Assembly (NCBI GenBank): GCA_965214875.1
Contig: OZ243980.1
Span: 1,102,190 to 1,166,189 of the forward strand
Length of the DNA stretch: 64,000 nt
Direction of reading: 5' to 3'
Origin: Arenicellales bacterium
GTDB taxonomy: Bacteria > Pseudomonadota > Gammaproteobacteria > Arenicellales > JAJDZL01
The stretch's first letter is position 1, and every line of letters begins with the position of its first letter. Made by a program: the position numbers and the translations under genes. Shown here piece by piece: positions 21,418-31,689 of the stretch. The notes beneath the pieces were generated by a model that had not been told where the DNA came from, ran no database searches, and saw only the letters and a list, made by a program, of their open reading frames with translations.

Positions 21418-22200
21418 ATGGCCGCGATAGCGATCATTGGCGGCAGCGGCTTGGCGCCAATAACTTCAGATGCAGTAAAGCGAGGCATCGATCGCATTGA
21501 CACGCCTTATGGCGCACCATCGGCAGGCTTTGTAATAGATTCCTGCGAGGGCAGGTGTTTTGTATTCCTTCCAAGGCATGGCGAAGGGCATTCCATTCCG
21601 CCGCATAGAATCAACTATCGTGCAAACATCTGGGGGTTAAAGGAGCAGGGCGTCTCGGGAATTATGGCTACGACCACTGTCGGAAGCCTGTTGGAAAATC
21701 TCAATCCTGGAGATTTGGTTATCCCTGATCAATTGATTGACTATACTTGGGGACGTGAGGCCACGTTTTTCGATGGTGATGACGGAGATGTCGCTCATCT
21801 GGAAATGACTTATCCTTTTGCGCCCCAGATGCGCGGCTTGCTATTGGAGGCGAGCGCCCGAAGCGGCATTGCTGTGCGCGATGGGTGCGTGTATGCAGTG
21901 ACGCAAGGGCCGCGGTTCGAAACGCCAGCAGAAATTACCCGGATTGCCAGAGACGGTGGTGAAATAGTCGGAATGACTGCCATGCCTGAGGCAAGCCTCG
22001 CTGCCGAGCTTGGGCTTTGCTATGCCTGTATTTCCTTAGTTGTTAATCCGGCTGCCGGACTTGAGGCAGCGCCAATCAGTCAGGGTCAGATCGAAAAAGC
22101 GATTGAACAGGGAGCGAGGGATCTAAAGCGACTAATCGAAGAGGCCGTTCGTTTAGCTCCCGAAAAATTTGACCACGCGCCTCGCTTGCTTCGGCCTTGA
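21418..22200 (+). CDS. S-methyl-5'-thioinosine/thioadenosine phosphorylase
   Basis: IIGGSG, TPYG, RHG..H.IPPH.INYRANI, QGPRFETPAE, VGMT..PEA. Confidence 0.93.
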   Translation: MAAIAIIGGSGLAPITSDAVKRGIDRIDTPYGAPSAGFVIDSCEGRCFVFLPRHGEGHSIPPHRINYRANIWGLKEQGVSGIMATTTVGSLLENLNPGDLVIPDQLIDYTWGREATFFDGDDGDVAHLEMTYPFAPQMRGLLLEASARSGIAVRDGCVYAVTQGPRFETPAEITRIARDGGEIVGMTAMPEASLAAELGLCYACISLVVNPAAGLEAAPISQGQIEKAIEQGARDLKRLIEEAVRLAPEKFDHAPRLLRP

Positions 22201-22218
22201 TTTTCCGCAAGCGACTGT

Positions 22219-22893
22219 TCACGGTCGCACCACGGTGAAGATGACGCCGAATTTTGGGTGATCAAGGTAGTGGGTTTCGTCTATCTGGACGCGCCGCCTT
22301 TCGAAAATTCTGTAGGACGGGCCAGTTTCAATGAGCGATACTGGTTGCGAATAGTAGGCGGTGTCGGTTACCTCGTCGGGCTGCGATTTGAGCGTTGCGT
22401 CTATTTCGAATTGCAGCAGCAGTTGGACTTCATAGAGCATCGCTGTGCCGGACAGGATCAAATCGGAGAATATCGCCGAGTTGTCGAACTCGACATCCAG
22501 ATAGATCGGCCTCGTGATTGATTTCGGATTTGGCTCCTGGACCCAGCTCAAGTGTGTCAGCAACTCCATGTCGGGGTGTTCGTCAATACGCTCAGCAATA
22601 TTATTCAGTTGCGTGGGCGGGACAGGGTGCGGATGATCAGTGTTCCGGTTTTTGTCTTGTAGTGACTCGCTCGGTTTCGGTTTGTCTTCCAATTCGGAAA
22701 AACTCGACTGCTCAACATTTATTTTTTCGAATCGCCGAGCGAACCATTCATCATCGTTAACAATATTTTCCTTGTATGAAAATACGATCACCTCGACTTG
22801 GGCAGGGGCCGCTATTGCCGGAGCTGCGTTTGAGGCGAGCATTAGGGCCGCTGTACCGAGGTATCGCGCTAAATAATTTTGCAGGTTTTTCAA
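22219..22893 (-). CDS. CsiV-family periplasmic peptidoglycan-binding protein (start uncertain)
   Basis: Signal peptide, then QVEVIVF, H.SWVQ, ERRR...ETHYLDHPKFGVI. This family is usually found near mfd. Confidence 0.8.
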   Translation of the reverse strand: MKNLQNYLARYLGTAALMLASNAAPAIAAPAQVEVIVFSYKENIVNDDEWFARRFEKINVEQSSFSELEDKPKPSESLQDKNRNTDHPHPVPPTQLNNIAERIDEHPDMELLTHLSWVQEPNPKSITRPIYLDVEFDNSAIFSDLILSGTAMLYEVQLLLQFEIDATLKSQPDEVTDTAYYSQPVSLIETGPSYRIFERRRVQIDETHYLDHPKFGVIFTVVRP

Positions 22894-23026
22894 TTCGAAA
22901 CGAAGGCGCAGAGATTTCAAGTCTAATTTGTTAATTTTAACAGGTGTAGCGCATTTGATTTTAATGGCTGGCAAATGTAGCTGTATCTGGTTAAGCGGTC
23001 AGTTTTGAAGTTTTTCGAATCATGCC

Positions 23027-23577
23027 GGGGAAAGGCGGGTGCGCGAAAAATTTTGAGGCAGCATGGCGCTTGGTAGCAATCCAGCAGCCGAAAGGCGGGA
23101 GAAGGTGCCATGCAAACCGAATGTCCGCACCGTAGATTCTGCCGTCTCGATTCGATCCGCGACGAACTTTCGCCGCAGGCCGCTGAGCGCTTCGACAAGC
23201 TCGCGCTGTTCGACCAGCTTTGACGCGAAGGCGCGACCGAGCCGACCGCCCTGAATGCGGTCGGCTGCTCCCGAGCGACGCTCTACCGCTGGAAAAGGTG
23301 CCTGCGCGCCTGCTCGTTCGCCACCGCCGCCTGCGCCTCGAAGCTCCTCGACCGCCTGCCAGCAGCGCGGCATCGCACTGTTCGTGCTGCCGCCCAAAAG
23401 CTCCGATTGCAATGGCTGTCTCGAGCGCACCACCGCCGGCCAAATTCGAGCGCTACTACAAAGCCTGCCGGCCGCATCAGGCGCTCGGACAACGTACGCC
23501 CATGCAGGCGCATAATCAGAACTTCAACCAAAGCGCACTTGCCGCCTGAAAAGTCTCACATGTATTGAACCAGTACA
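23027..23577 (+). mobile_element. IS481-family internally deleted derivative, copy 1 (left end truncated)
   Basis: SRATLYRWK, GIALFVLPPKS..CNGCLER, Y...RPHQALG..TP. Right end gtctcacatgtattgaaccagtaca. Confidence 0.8.
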
Positions 23578-23594
23578 TTGTATTGAACCAGTAC
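23561..23594 (+). repeat. Tandem duplication of the IS481 right-end tip
   Basis: tgtattgaaccagtac at 23561-23576 and 23579-23594. Confidence 0.9.
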
Positions 23595-23652
23595 CGGGAC
23601 TTGACTTATACTAGACTGAATTTGTTAACCATACGCATGGAAGAATCTAAGC

Positions 23653-24482
23653 GTGAAACGACTAATGGTAATCGCAGCCATCCTGATCGCATCGAGCGGG
23701 GGGGGGGGGCAGTAGCACTTGCGCAAGTGCCCGAAATCGGATTCAACGTGACACTGGGACTCGATGACAGTACACCGGAGAGCGGCAACTGCGTCTTAGG
23801 CAATTCCGACGGCTTCCAGATCGCCGTCGGACAAGCCAATACAGCCACACAATTTGCATCAGCCGTAAGCGCCCGGGTGATCGTCATCGTGCGGTCCGGC
23901 CCCAACCGCTTCGAGGACCGGCACGGGGGCCACTTCCTGAAAAAGGCGGATGGCAGCGGCTGGATTGCGGCGAAGAATGAAAGGATCGCAGGCAGCGGCT
24001 TGGCGAGGTGGTCGGCCGGAGGTTCGGGCAACACGCAGCCGGGGATTCCGCAGGGTCGGGCCATCTGCTGGGGCGATGACAATCTGGACACCGGCGACAC
24101 GGAAGTGATGCTGGTCATCGCCAACGGCCCCGGCTACACCGTCGACCCGGCAAGAAGCAGCCACACCTTTACCATACGGGACAATGACGACTGCGCCAAT
24201 CCGGCGGCGACGTCCGGCGGCGTGGTCTATAAGTTTAGAAACGGTAGTAGCGGAAGTACCTGCATCTGCGCCGCAGAGAGCCGGCATTCCAGCGTAAGGC
24301 GGACCCTGAAAAGAACCATCCCCACGCCTGGCGATGATGGTAGATACGGCACCGACGACGACGGGACAACCTCTGCGCCCCCGCCGAGCGCGGGGTTCCT
24401 GAGTGGCCTGGCCAAGCACTTCCACGACCCGTCCCACCTCTACTGCGAGGAATCGCCGTATAGGGGGTTGCCGGGATCCTGA
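23653..24482 (+). pseudogene. Secreted Calx-beta-like protein, out of frame at a G12 tract in the signal peptide
   Basis: GTG at 23653 gives MKRLMVIAAILIASSGGGGQ-stop. The shifted frame continues AVALAQVPEIGF..DDNLDTGDTEVMLVI..G.GYTV...HTFTIRDNDD, a Calx-beta-like pattern. Confidence 0.7.
23698..23709 (+). repeat. G12 homopolymer
   Basis: Counted directly. Confidence 0.95.
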
Positions 24483-24799
24483 TCCGCCGCTGCCAGCCGA
24501 CACAAGGCCATGACCCCTGCCGCGGCGGACAAGGCCGGCCCAGCAGGGAACCGGCTGGTCCCGTCTGGCGGCGGGGCGGCCCGCCCGAACAAATCCCCGA
24601 TCGCCGGAACCGTCATCAAAAATCCTGCTGCGCAGCGTTGTGCTGAAAATCCGGGCGGTCCATCACCGCCGGCCGGCTAAAATCTGCGTCCGGACAGAGG
24701 ATTTTGCTCTATTTTCGGATGAGTGCAATGACCCGATCAGTACAAATTCGGTTATATTGAAGCGTTGAGCAAGCTTATCTAAATCAGGAGCGCAAAACA

Positions 24800-25525
24800 A
24801 TGCCCGACTACTCGAACATGGCTGATGACCTGACAGAACTGCTCAGCCTTTCGCATCCGCCGCTCGCCATCACTTTTCGCGATAGTCATCCGGCCGGCAT
24901 CGAACGCTACCGGAGCGAGTATCCGCCCAAGACCGAAGATGGGCGCACCGGCGCTGTGTCGGCCGGATGCGTGTTCTGGGCTGAAGCTTCGGATCAAACC
25001 TTCGCAACCCTGCCCGAAGATCATGGAAACTGCAGCGTGGGCAGTCTGACGCATGGCATGATCGGCCTCGAAGAAGCCGCTGCTCGAGGAGACGTTCAGG
25101 CTTTATGCGAGGCGAAGTGGGTCAGCCCCGAGATCTTTCCCCGTATTGCGACCGTTCAATCAAAGCCGGCGGCGGTGATCTACGGGCCGCTAGCTGAAAC
25201 GCCGGTTGATCCGGACATCGTCTTTCTTCGGTTGAACGCAAAACAGGCGATGCAGCTGCATGCCGCCGTGCCGTCCTTGCAATTTGAAGGCAAGCCGCAA
25301 TGCCATATCATCGCGGTCGCGAAGGAGCGGCGCAAGCCCGCAATCAGCGTCGGCTGCATGCTAAGCCGCGTTCGAACCGGATTTGCCAGCAGCGAGATGA
25401 CTTGCGCTTTGCCTGTCGATCAGGCGCCCGGCATCATTGAAGACTTGCGCGCATCGACTCGGGCCGATCGCCTCGTCGCCGGATACGCCAGCGAAGATGC
25501 CGCGCGATTTCGCGAAACGGCCTAG
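24800..25525 (+). CDS. DUF169-family protein
   Basis: AGCVFW, HGNCSVG, YGPL..TPVDPD, GKPQC, SVGCMLSR.RTG. RBS aggag upstream. Confidence 0.8.
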   Translation: MPDYSNMADDLTELLSLSHPPLAITFRDSHPAGIERYRSEYPPKTEDGRTGAVSAGCVFWAEASDQTFATLPEDHGNCSVGSLTHGMIGLEEAAARGDVQALCEAKWVSPEIFPRIATVQSKPAAVIYGPLAETPVDPDIVFLRLNAKQAMQLHAAVPSLQFEGKPQCHIIAVAKERRKPAISVGCMLSRVRTGFASSEMTCALPVDQAPGIIEDLRASTRADRLVAGYASEDAARFRETA

Positions 25526-25622
25526 CTTCGGCAAGCCGGCGCATCGCTTCCAGCTCTGGTTTGGACCAATTGAGCCTTCTAATCCCGCTGACGCGGAATT
25601 AGAAGGTTCGTAAGCAACATGA

Positions 25623-26131
25623 TATCCGGGGTCAGATACATGCGGGGCTGCCCGCCCCTTCCTGAAGGACGCAGTCCGAAGGGAAGGGGCGGGCGCGCGA
25701 AAACATTTTCAGGCAGCATGGCGCTTGATAGCAATCCAGCAGCCGAAAAGCGGGAGAAGGTGCCATGCAAACCGAATGTCCGCACCGTAGATTCTGCCGT
25801 CTCGACGCGGTCGGCGACAAACTTTCGCCGCAGGCCGCCGAGCGCTTCGACAAGCTTGCGCTGTTCGACCGGCTTCGCAGGCGACCGCCCGGCCCGCCAG
25901 GCGCCGTTCGTGCTGCCGCCCAAAAGCTCCGATTGCAATGGCTGTGTCGAGTGCGCCGGCGAGCCGGGCGTGGGCGCGCTGAACGTCGAGCTGGCCCGGT
26001 TCGAGCGCTTCTATAACGCCTGCAGGCCGCATCAGGCGCTCGGGCAAACGGCGCCCATGCAGGCGTATAATGAAAACTTCGACCAAAGCGCGCTTGCCGC
26101 CTGACAGTCTCATATGTATTGAATCCGTACA
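25623..26131 (+). mobile_element. IS481-family internally deleted derivative, copy 2
   Basis: Homologous to copy 1. Left end tatccggggtcagatacat and right end atgtattgaatccgtaca are imperfect inverted repeats. Confidence 0.8.
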
Positions 26132-26226
26132 CTGAACGAGTTTGCAAAAAAACAAGCGAAAGTCTTGGCTGACAAGCTTCCCCTTTGGCTTGCGCTTTTT
26201 CAAGACGAATAAAGGAGCGGTAAGTT

Positions 26227-26763
26227 ATGGCGGTTCAATCAGTTTTGAAGATGGGAAACCCTCAGTTGCTAGAGGTGTCAGAGCCGATAGCACAAAGCGA
26301 GATGAAAAATCTCGACGCTTTGGTTGCGGACATGATCGATACGATGAATTCATTAGATGGGGCTGGGCTGGCTGCCCCGCAAATCGGCATCATGAAACGG
26401 GTCATCATTTTTGGCTTCGAGTTTAATACGCGATATCCTCAGGTAGAGCCAATCCCCTTCACTGTTCTGGTCAATCCCAAAATCGAGATCTTGAACGATT
26501 TGGTTGAGGAGGGCTGGGAAGGTTGTCTGAGTGTGCCAGGCATGCGCGGCTTAGTGACAAGGCATTCGCAAGTACGCTATACGGGACTTGATCAATATGG
26601 CGCAACAATTGACCGAACAGTCAGCGGTTTCCATGCGCGGGTGGTGCAACATGAATGCGACCACTTGGACGGAATCTTGTATCCGATGCGAGTCGAAGAT
26701 ATGCGAAACTTTGGCTTTGAGCAGGAATTGACACGCATCTACGATCTCCCGCCAGATGATTAG
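26227..26763 (+). CDS. def: Peptide deformylase
   Basis: GAGLAAPQIG, EGCLSVPG, QHECDHLDG. Confidence 0.97.
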   Translation: MAVQSVLKMGNPQLLEVSEPIAQSEMKNLDALVADMIDTMNSLDGAGLAAPQIGIMKRVIIFGFEFNTRYPQVEPIPFTVLVNPKIEILNDLVEEGWEGCLSVPGMRGLVTRHSQVRYTGLDQYGATIDRTVSGFHARVVQHECDHLDGILYPMRVEDMRNFGFEQELTRIYDLPPDD

Positions 26764-26776
26764 CGGCTTTGTTGCT

Positions 26777-29700
26777 CTAAAGCGTATCCGAATTCGGCGT
26801 TATTGCGTCTAGAACACGATGCACGGACGTTGCGCGTTGTTCAATCGTTTTCAAATCATGCTTTAATATGATTGATGATTCGGCTTCGTTGAGACGAATT
26901 TCGCCAGGGTAGGAATCGAGTAGCTCAACTAAGCCGGCGGCATTGATGTTGGCATTGGATTCGAATCGAATGCTTCCATTCTTCTCGCCGATAGTCAGTT
27001 TTCTGATGCCTAATCTAGCGGACCGCTGCTTGATTTTCGCGACCTCGAACAATCTTTTTGCTGTTTCGGGCGGTTTGCCGAATCGGTCTCGAAGTTCGCT
27101 TTCCAGATCTTCGATTTCGGCAATGCTGCTGGCGGCAGCCAATCGCTTGTAAATTGACAAGCGCAAATTGACATCGTAAATCCAATCTTCGGGAAATAGC
27201 GCTGAGGCATTCAAACTGACCTCGCTTGCAACAGTAGTGGAAATTGCGGTCGTTGCGGTTGCGGTTCGGCCTGACTTTTGCAAGCTCTTGACTGCTTCGT
27301 TAAGGTATTCGCTGTAAAGCGAAAATCCCACATCGTGCATCGCTCCGCTTTGCGAATCACCAAGCAGCGTGCCGGCACCCCTGATTTCAAGATCATGGGA
27401 GGCGATGACAAAGCCGATGCCAAGCTGATCAAATGATTCGATGGCTTCAAGCCGCAATCTGGAGTTGTTTTTAAGACCCGCAAAATCATTCACCAGCAAA
27501 TAGGCGTAGGCTTGGTGATGCGAGCGTCCGACCCGGCCCCGCAGCTGGTGCAGTTGCGCCAGACCGAAGCGTGCGGCATTGTTGATCAGGATCGTGTTCG
27601 CGGTGGGTATGTCGATCCCGCTTTCGATAATGGTCGAGCAGACAAGGATATCGAATTTCTGCATGTAGAAATCTCGCATGACGCTCGAAAGCTCGCGCTT
27701 GCGCATCTGTCCGTGCGCAATATCGATTCGCGCTTCCGGGACGATTCTCTCCAGTTCCTTGGCGGCAGCGCGGATTGATTTGACGTCATTGTGCAAGTAG
27801 AAAATCTGTCCTCCGCGACCAAGCTCACGCATGCATGCCTCGCGAATCAAGCCGGCCGACCACTGGCGCAGGAAAGTACGAACCGATAGGCGGCTGTCCG
27901 GTGGCGTCGCGACGATTGAAATATCGCGAATCGCGTTAAGGGCCATGCTCAAGGTGCGAGGGATGGGCGTAGCTGTCAGGGTCAGCACATCGACTCCTGT
28001 CCTCAGTTTTTTCAGATACTCTTTATGCCGAACTCCAAAGCGGTGTTCTTCGTCAATGACCACTAATCCGAGATTCTTGAACCTTATGTCTTGCTGCAGG
28101 AGGCGATGTGTACCAATGACAATATCAACCTTGCCGTTTCGCAGACCCTGTACAGCATCTGCTGCGGAGGACTTGGCACGCAGTCTAGAGAGCAGTTCGA
28201 TTGCCACTGAGCATTCGGCAAACCGTTCAGAGAAGACATCGAAATGCTGCTGAGCAAGCAAGGTTGTCGGAGTAACAACTGCGACCTGTTGCCCGCTCGA
28301 AACGCAAACAAATGCGGCGCGAATGGCGACTTCGGTCTTTCCAAACCCGACATCTCCACAAACAAGTCGATCCATCGGACGCGTGGACCGGAGGTCCGAC
28401 AGCACCGCCTTGACCGCGGCATCCTGATCAACGGTCAATTCATGCGGGAATCGTGTGTTGAACTCGGAATAGTCGCTATCAGCCACTGCGCACGGCACAC
28501 TCTCGAAACTATCGCGGAGCGATTGAGTTTCAATCAATTCTGCTGCAACATCGAATGCCTGTTCTTTAGCTTTTCTCTTTGCATTTGCCCACTTTTTCGA
28601 ACTTAGCGAATGAAGCGGGATATCCTCGGTATCGCCGGCCACATAGCGGTTGATCAAATCGAGCGAGTAGACAGGCACGTAAAGCGTATCGGTGCCAGCA
28701 TATTTGATGGCTAGAAATTCACTTGTGTGGCCATTGATTTTTAGCGACTTCAACCCCTGAAATCGACCTATGCCATAGCTGTCATGAACCACGGCATCGC
28801 CAGGCTGCAATTCTTCGAGGGAGGAAATGATGCTGTCGGGTGTCCGCGCTCTCCAGCGAGACCGGTGTTCCCTAACTTGGCTGCGTCTGCCGTGAATTTC
28901 GTTATTTGAGATCGCGGAGATTTGTTCGCTCGGCAAATTGAGTCCGCATACCATGTCGGCATTCACTGTGAAAATGCCCGAGGATTCGTCCTCGGTATAT
29001 TCTTGCCATGAGTCGACTCGCTTAAATGCTATTCGAGATCGGGACAGCTGGTTTTCGACAGCATTGAGATGGGCAAGGCTGTCAATCGCAATCAGAGTTT
29101 TGATTGCGCCGTTAGCAAGATGGCCAAGCAACGCCTGATAGGGATTCTGCGAGGCAGGTTCGATGGCTGCATCAAGTGGCGGTAGCGAATCAAAGACACA
29201 ATCGGCGTGCTGATCATTAGTGTTCAAATGGACCATCGCCCTTCCATTGATTTGCTCGCCTAATTCCTGAGCGTCGAGATACAGCAGTTCTGGGGGAAGC
29301 GGGAACCGTAAATGATTTTCGGTGGCCGCCTCATAGCGCGATTGAACCTGATTCCAGAATTCATTTGCACCATCTTCCATTCGTTCGGTTGCGAAGATGA
29401 CCGCATCTTCTGGAAGGTAGTCGAAGATGGATGACGTATTGTCGAAGAAAAGCGGCAGGTAGAATTCCGAGCCTTCCGGCTTTTGAGCCACGCCAATGTC
29501 TCGATAGACCTCGTTCTCTCGCGGATCGCCATCAATGTGTTTTCGCATTCCTTGCCGGAAACGCGCTACGCCGATTTCATCTGTTCTGACTTCACTGCCT
29601 GGAAGCATGCGCAGCGATTTTATTTTGCGAATTGAGCGTTGGGTGACGACATCAAAGTAGCGCAGCGTGTCGATAGCATCGTCAAACAGCTCGATCCTGA

Positions 29701-30250
29701 CCGGCAGATCTGACCCGACCGGAAAAACATCGACAATACCGCCTCTTACCGCAAACTCGCCTGGGCTTTCCACTTGCTGTGTCTGGTAGTAGGAAGCGTT
29801 TACGAGTCGCTGCTGAAATTGCGCGAATTTGAGCAGCTCGCCAACCTTGAGATTAAATGCAGAGCCGACAATATAGTCCTGTGGAGGGACCCGTTGCATC
29901 AGGTTGTCGACTGCAATGACGACAATTGAGCGCACAAGCGTCGGAAGTTGGTGGAGAAGCTCGATTCGCGTTGAAGCGATGTCTGCATGAGGGCTAAAGT
30001 CGTCATATGGGAGGCACTCCCAACTTGGAAATATGGTAAGCGGGAATTGTGCGGCGGAGCTGACGAAAAACCGTAGCGATTCGAGCATGGACTCGGCTTC
30101 GCGGGCATTGGCGCATACGACAAAGCATGGTTTGCCGCTTTTCGCTGCGTACGACGCGATGGCCAGTGCGCTCGCACTGCCGTAGAGGCCAGACCAGATA
30201 ATTTTGTGCTGGCTTGCGCCAATTAATGGCGGATTCAAAGCAGAGGGCAT
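26777..30250 (-). CDS. mfd: Transcription-repair coupling factor (start approximate)
   Basis: GEFAVRGGIVDVFP, CGDVGFGKTEVA, DEEH, TATPIPRT, QLRGRVGR. Confidence 0.98.
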   Translation of the reverse strand: MPSALNPPLIGASQHKIIWSGLYGSASALAIASYAAKSGKPCFVVCANAREAESMLESLRFFVSSAAQFPLTIFPSWECLPYDDFSPHADIASTRIELLHQLPTLVRSIVVIAVDNLMQRVPPQDYIVGSAFNLKVGELLKFAQFQQRLVNASYYQTQQVESPGEFAVRGGIVDVFPVGSDLPVRIELFDDAIDTLRYFDVVTQRSIRKIKSLRMLPGSEVRTDEIGVARFRQGMRKHIDGDPRENEVYRDIGVAQKPEGSEFYLPLFFDNTSSIFDYLPEDAVIFATERMEDGANEFWNQVQSRYEAATENHLRFPLPPELLYLDAQELGEQINGRAMVHLNTNDQHADCVFDSLPPLDAAIEPASQNPYQALLGHLANGAIKTLIAIDSLAHLNAVENQLSRSRIAFKRVDSWQEYTEDESSGIFTVNADMVCGLNLPSEQISAISNNEIHGRRSQVREHRSRWRARTPDSIISSLEELQPGDAVVHDSYGIGRFQGLKSLKINGHTSEFLAIKYAGTDTLYVPVYSLDLINRYVAGDTEDIPLHSLSSKKWANAKRKAKEQAFDVAAELIETQSLRDSFESVPCAVADSDYSEFNTRFPHELTVDQDAAVKAVLSDLRSTRPMDRLVCGDVGFGKTEVAIRAAFVCVSSGQQVAVVTPTTLLAQQHFDVFSERFAECSVAIELLSRLRAKSSAADAVQGLRNGKVDIVIGTHRLLQQDIRFKNLGLVVIDEEHRFGVRHKEYLKKLRTGVDVLTLTATPIPRTLSMALNAIRDISIVATPPDSRLSVRTFLRQWSAGLIREACMRELGRGGQIFYLHNDVKSIRAAAKELERIVPEARIDIAHGQMRKRELSSVMRDFYMQKFDILVCSTIIESGIDIPTANTILINNAARFGLAQLHQLRGRVGRSHHQAYAYLLVNDFAGLKNNSRLRLEAIESFDQLGIGFVIASHDLEIRGAGTLLGDSQSGAMHDVGFSLYSEYLNEAVKSLQKSGRTATATTAISTTVASEVSLNASALFPEDWIYDVNLRLSIYKRLAAASSIAEIEDLESELRDRFGKPPETAKRLFEVAKIKQRSARLGIRKLTIGEKNGSIRFESNANINAAGLVELLDSYPGEIRLNEAESSIILKHDLKTIEQRATSVHRVLDAITPNSDTL

Positions 30251-30801
30251 TTCCGAAGGTCTTGATCCATTCCTTGGCGATGAGCGGGCAAATGGTGATG
30301 CTGCAGGAATTATATTCAAGGGTCGATCGAAGAGTTGATTTGATGGTTCTGCTGATCCGAAAGGAGAATTTGTACGAAATGTGGAAGCCCTGTAAAATTC
30401 AGACTTTACAGCAAAACCGGTTTCACTTGTCGGATAAGAGTGGAAAACCCACCAAGGTTGCAGGACTCATGAAAACAGCATCATGCAAGACCGTCGGCAG
30501 TTCGCGCAATTTGACCTTGCGCGCCTGCATGATCGTGCTGACGAAGCTGATCAAGTCAATCAAGATCAGAAATCTGGCTTATAGTCTGATGCCGAAACCG
30601 GGTAGCAATCGGAAATATCGACAAAGCTAGTTTCAACACTTTCATCCTGTACTGTCTGAAAACATCTCGGTGAGCTGGCTCTGCGCCGATATCTTTTCGC
30701 ATCAAGCGCAGACTATCTGTGATTGCAGAGTGCTCGGGCATTCACTTCGCGACTCGCGCGAAGATGGATGCTCCCTGCTTGCTGGCCGGCTAACAGAATC
30801 C

Positions 30802-31689
30802 CTATTCTGATTTGGTGGATGATTCGCGTTTGACAATGACTTGTACGTCGAGCGTAGCTTTACCTCCTCCGAATATAACTCCCTTAATGGGAGGCACGTC
30901 GCTATAGTCTCGACCGGCGGCAACACGAACGTGCCGGTGGTCGGCTAGTGAGTTGTTGGTCGGGTCAATGCCTACCCAGCCGAGATCGGGCAGGAGAAAC
31001 TCGGCCCATGCGTGACTTTCACCGGATGGAGTCTGCTCGCCGGACGCGCCTTCAAGATGCAAGTAGCCCGATACGTAGCGGCTGGGGATCCCCCAGTTTC
31101 TGCCAATCGATAGTAGAACATGGCTGTAGTCCTGACACACGCCGCAACAAGAACCGAGAATCTCCTCGATTGGAGAGTCAACAGTCGTGCTGCCGGGCGC
31201 GTAGTTGAAAAGGCTGTTGATCCTGCTTGATGCTTCTAGAATTGAAGTCAGCGGATCGCTTGTTTGCACGATGTTGTTTTGGCTGCAGAACCGATCGAGC
31301 AGTTCGCAATTGTAAACATAGGCGCTGGGGGCCAGAAAGTGCCAGTTTTCAACCACAGTGGCGTGATTCGATAATTCTTCCCAGGCATCGACAGCAAGTG
31401 CGCTTGGTATCGTCGGCTGACCGACGGTCGAAACCTCGGAAGTAGAGCGTACAGTAAGTTCCCGGTGGGCTTTGAAGTTGCTGCAGACATGACCCGTATT
31501 GCCCAGAAAATTAGTAAACGCAACAATCGCTGCCGTCGGCTCAAGCTCCAATTTAAATGACAGAAGTTGCTGGTTCACATCTTCGCGAGGCTGAAGCCAC
31601 ACGCACGAAATGCATCGCTCGACCTGGCGGGTGTGACGAAATCGTGAAGTGTGCTCGATGTGATATTGATGCGGCTGTGCAGCAATCAT
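30802..31689 (-). CDS. Transglutaminase-like protein
   Basis: GVCQDYSH, RYVSGYL, SHAWAE, GWVGIDPTN, GRDYSDVPP. Confidence 0.93.
   Translation of the reverse strand: MIAAQPHQYHIEHTSRFRHTRQVERCISCVWLQPREDVNQQLLSFKLELEPTAAIVAFTNFLGNTGHVCSNFKAHRELTVRSTSEVSTVGQPTIPSALAVDAWEELSNHATVVENWHFLAPSAYVYNCELLDRFCSQNNIVQTSDPLTSILEASSRINSLFNYAPGSTTVDSPIEEILGSCCGVCQDYSHVLLSIGRNWGIPSRYVSGYLHLEGASGEQTPSGESHAWAEFLLPDLGWVGIDPTNNSLADHRHVRVAAGRDYSDVPPIKGVIFGGGKATLDVQVIVKRESSTKSE

Noticed and set aside
30320-30800. Short ORFs between the transglutaminase gene and mfd
   Set aside because: No family recognised; may be eroded sequence.
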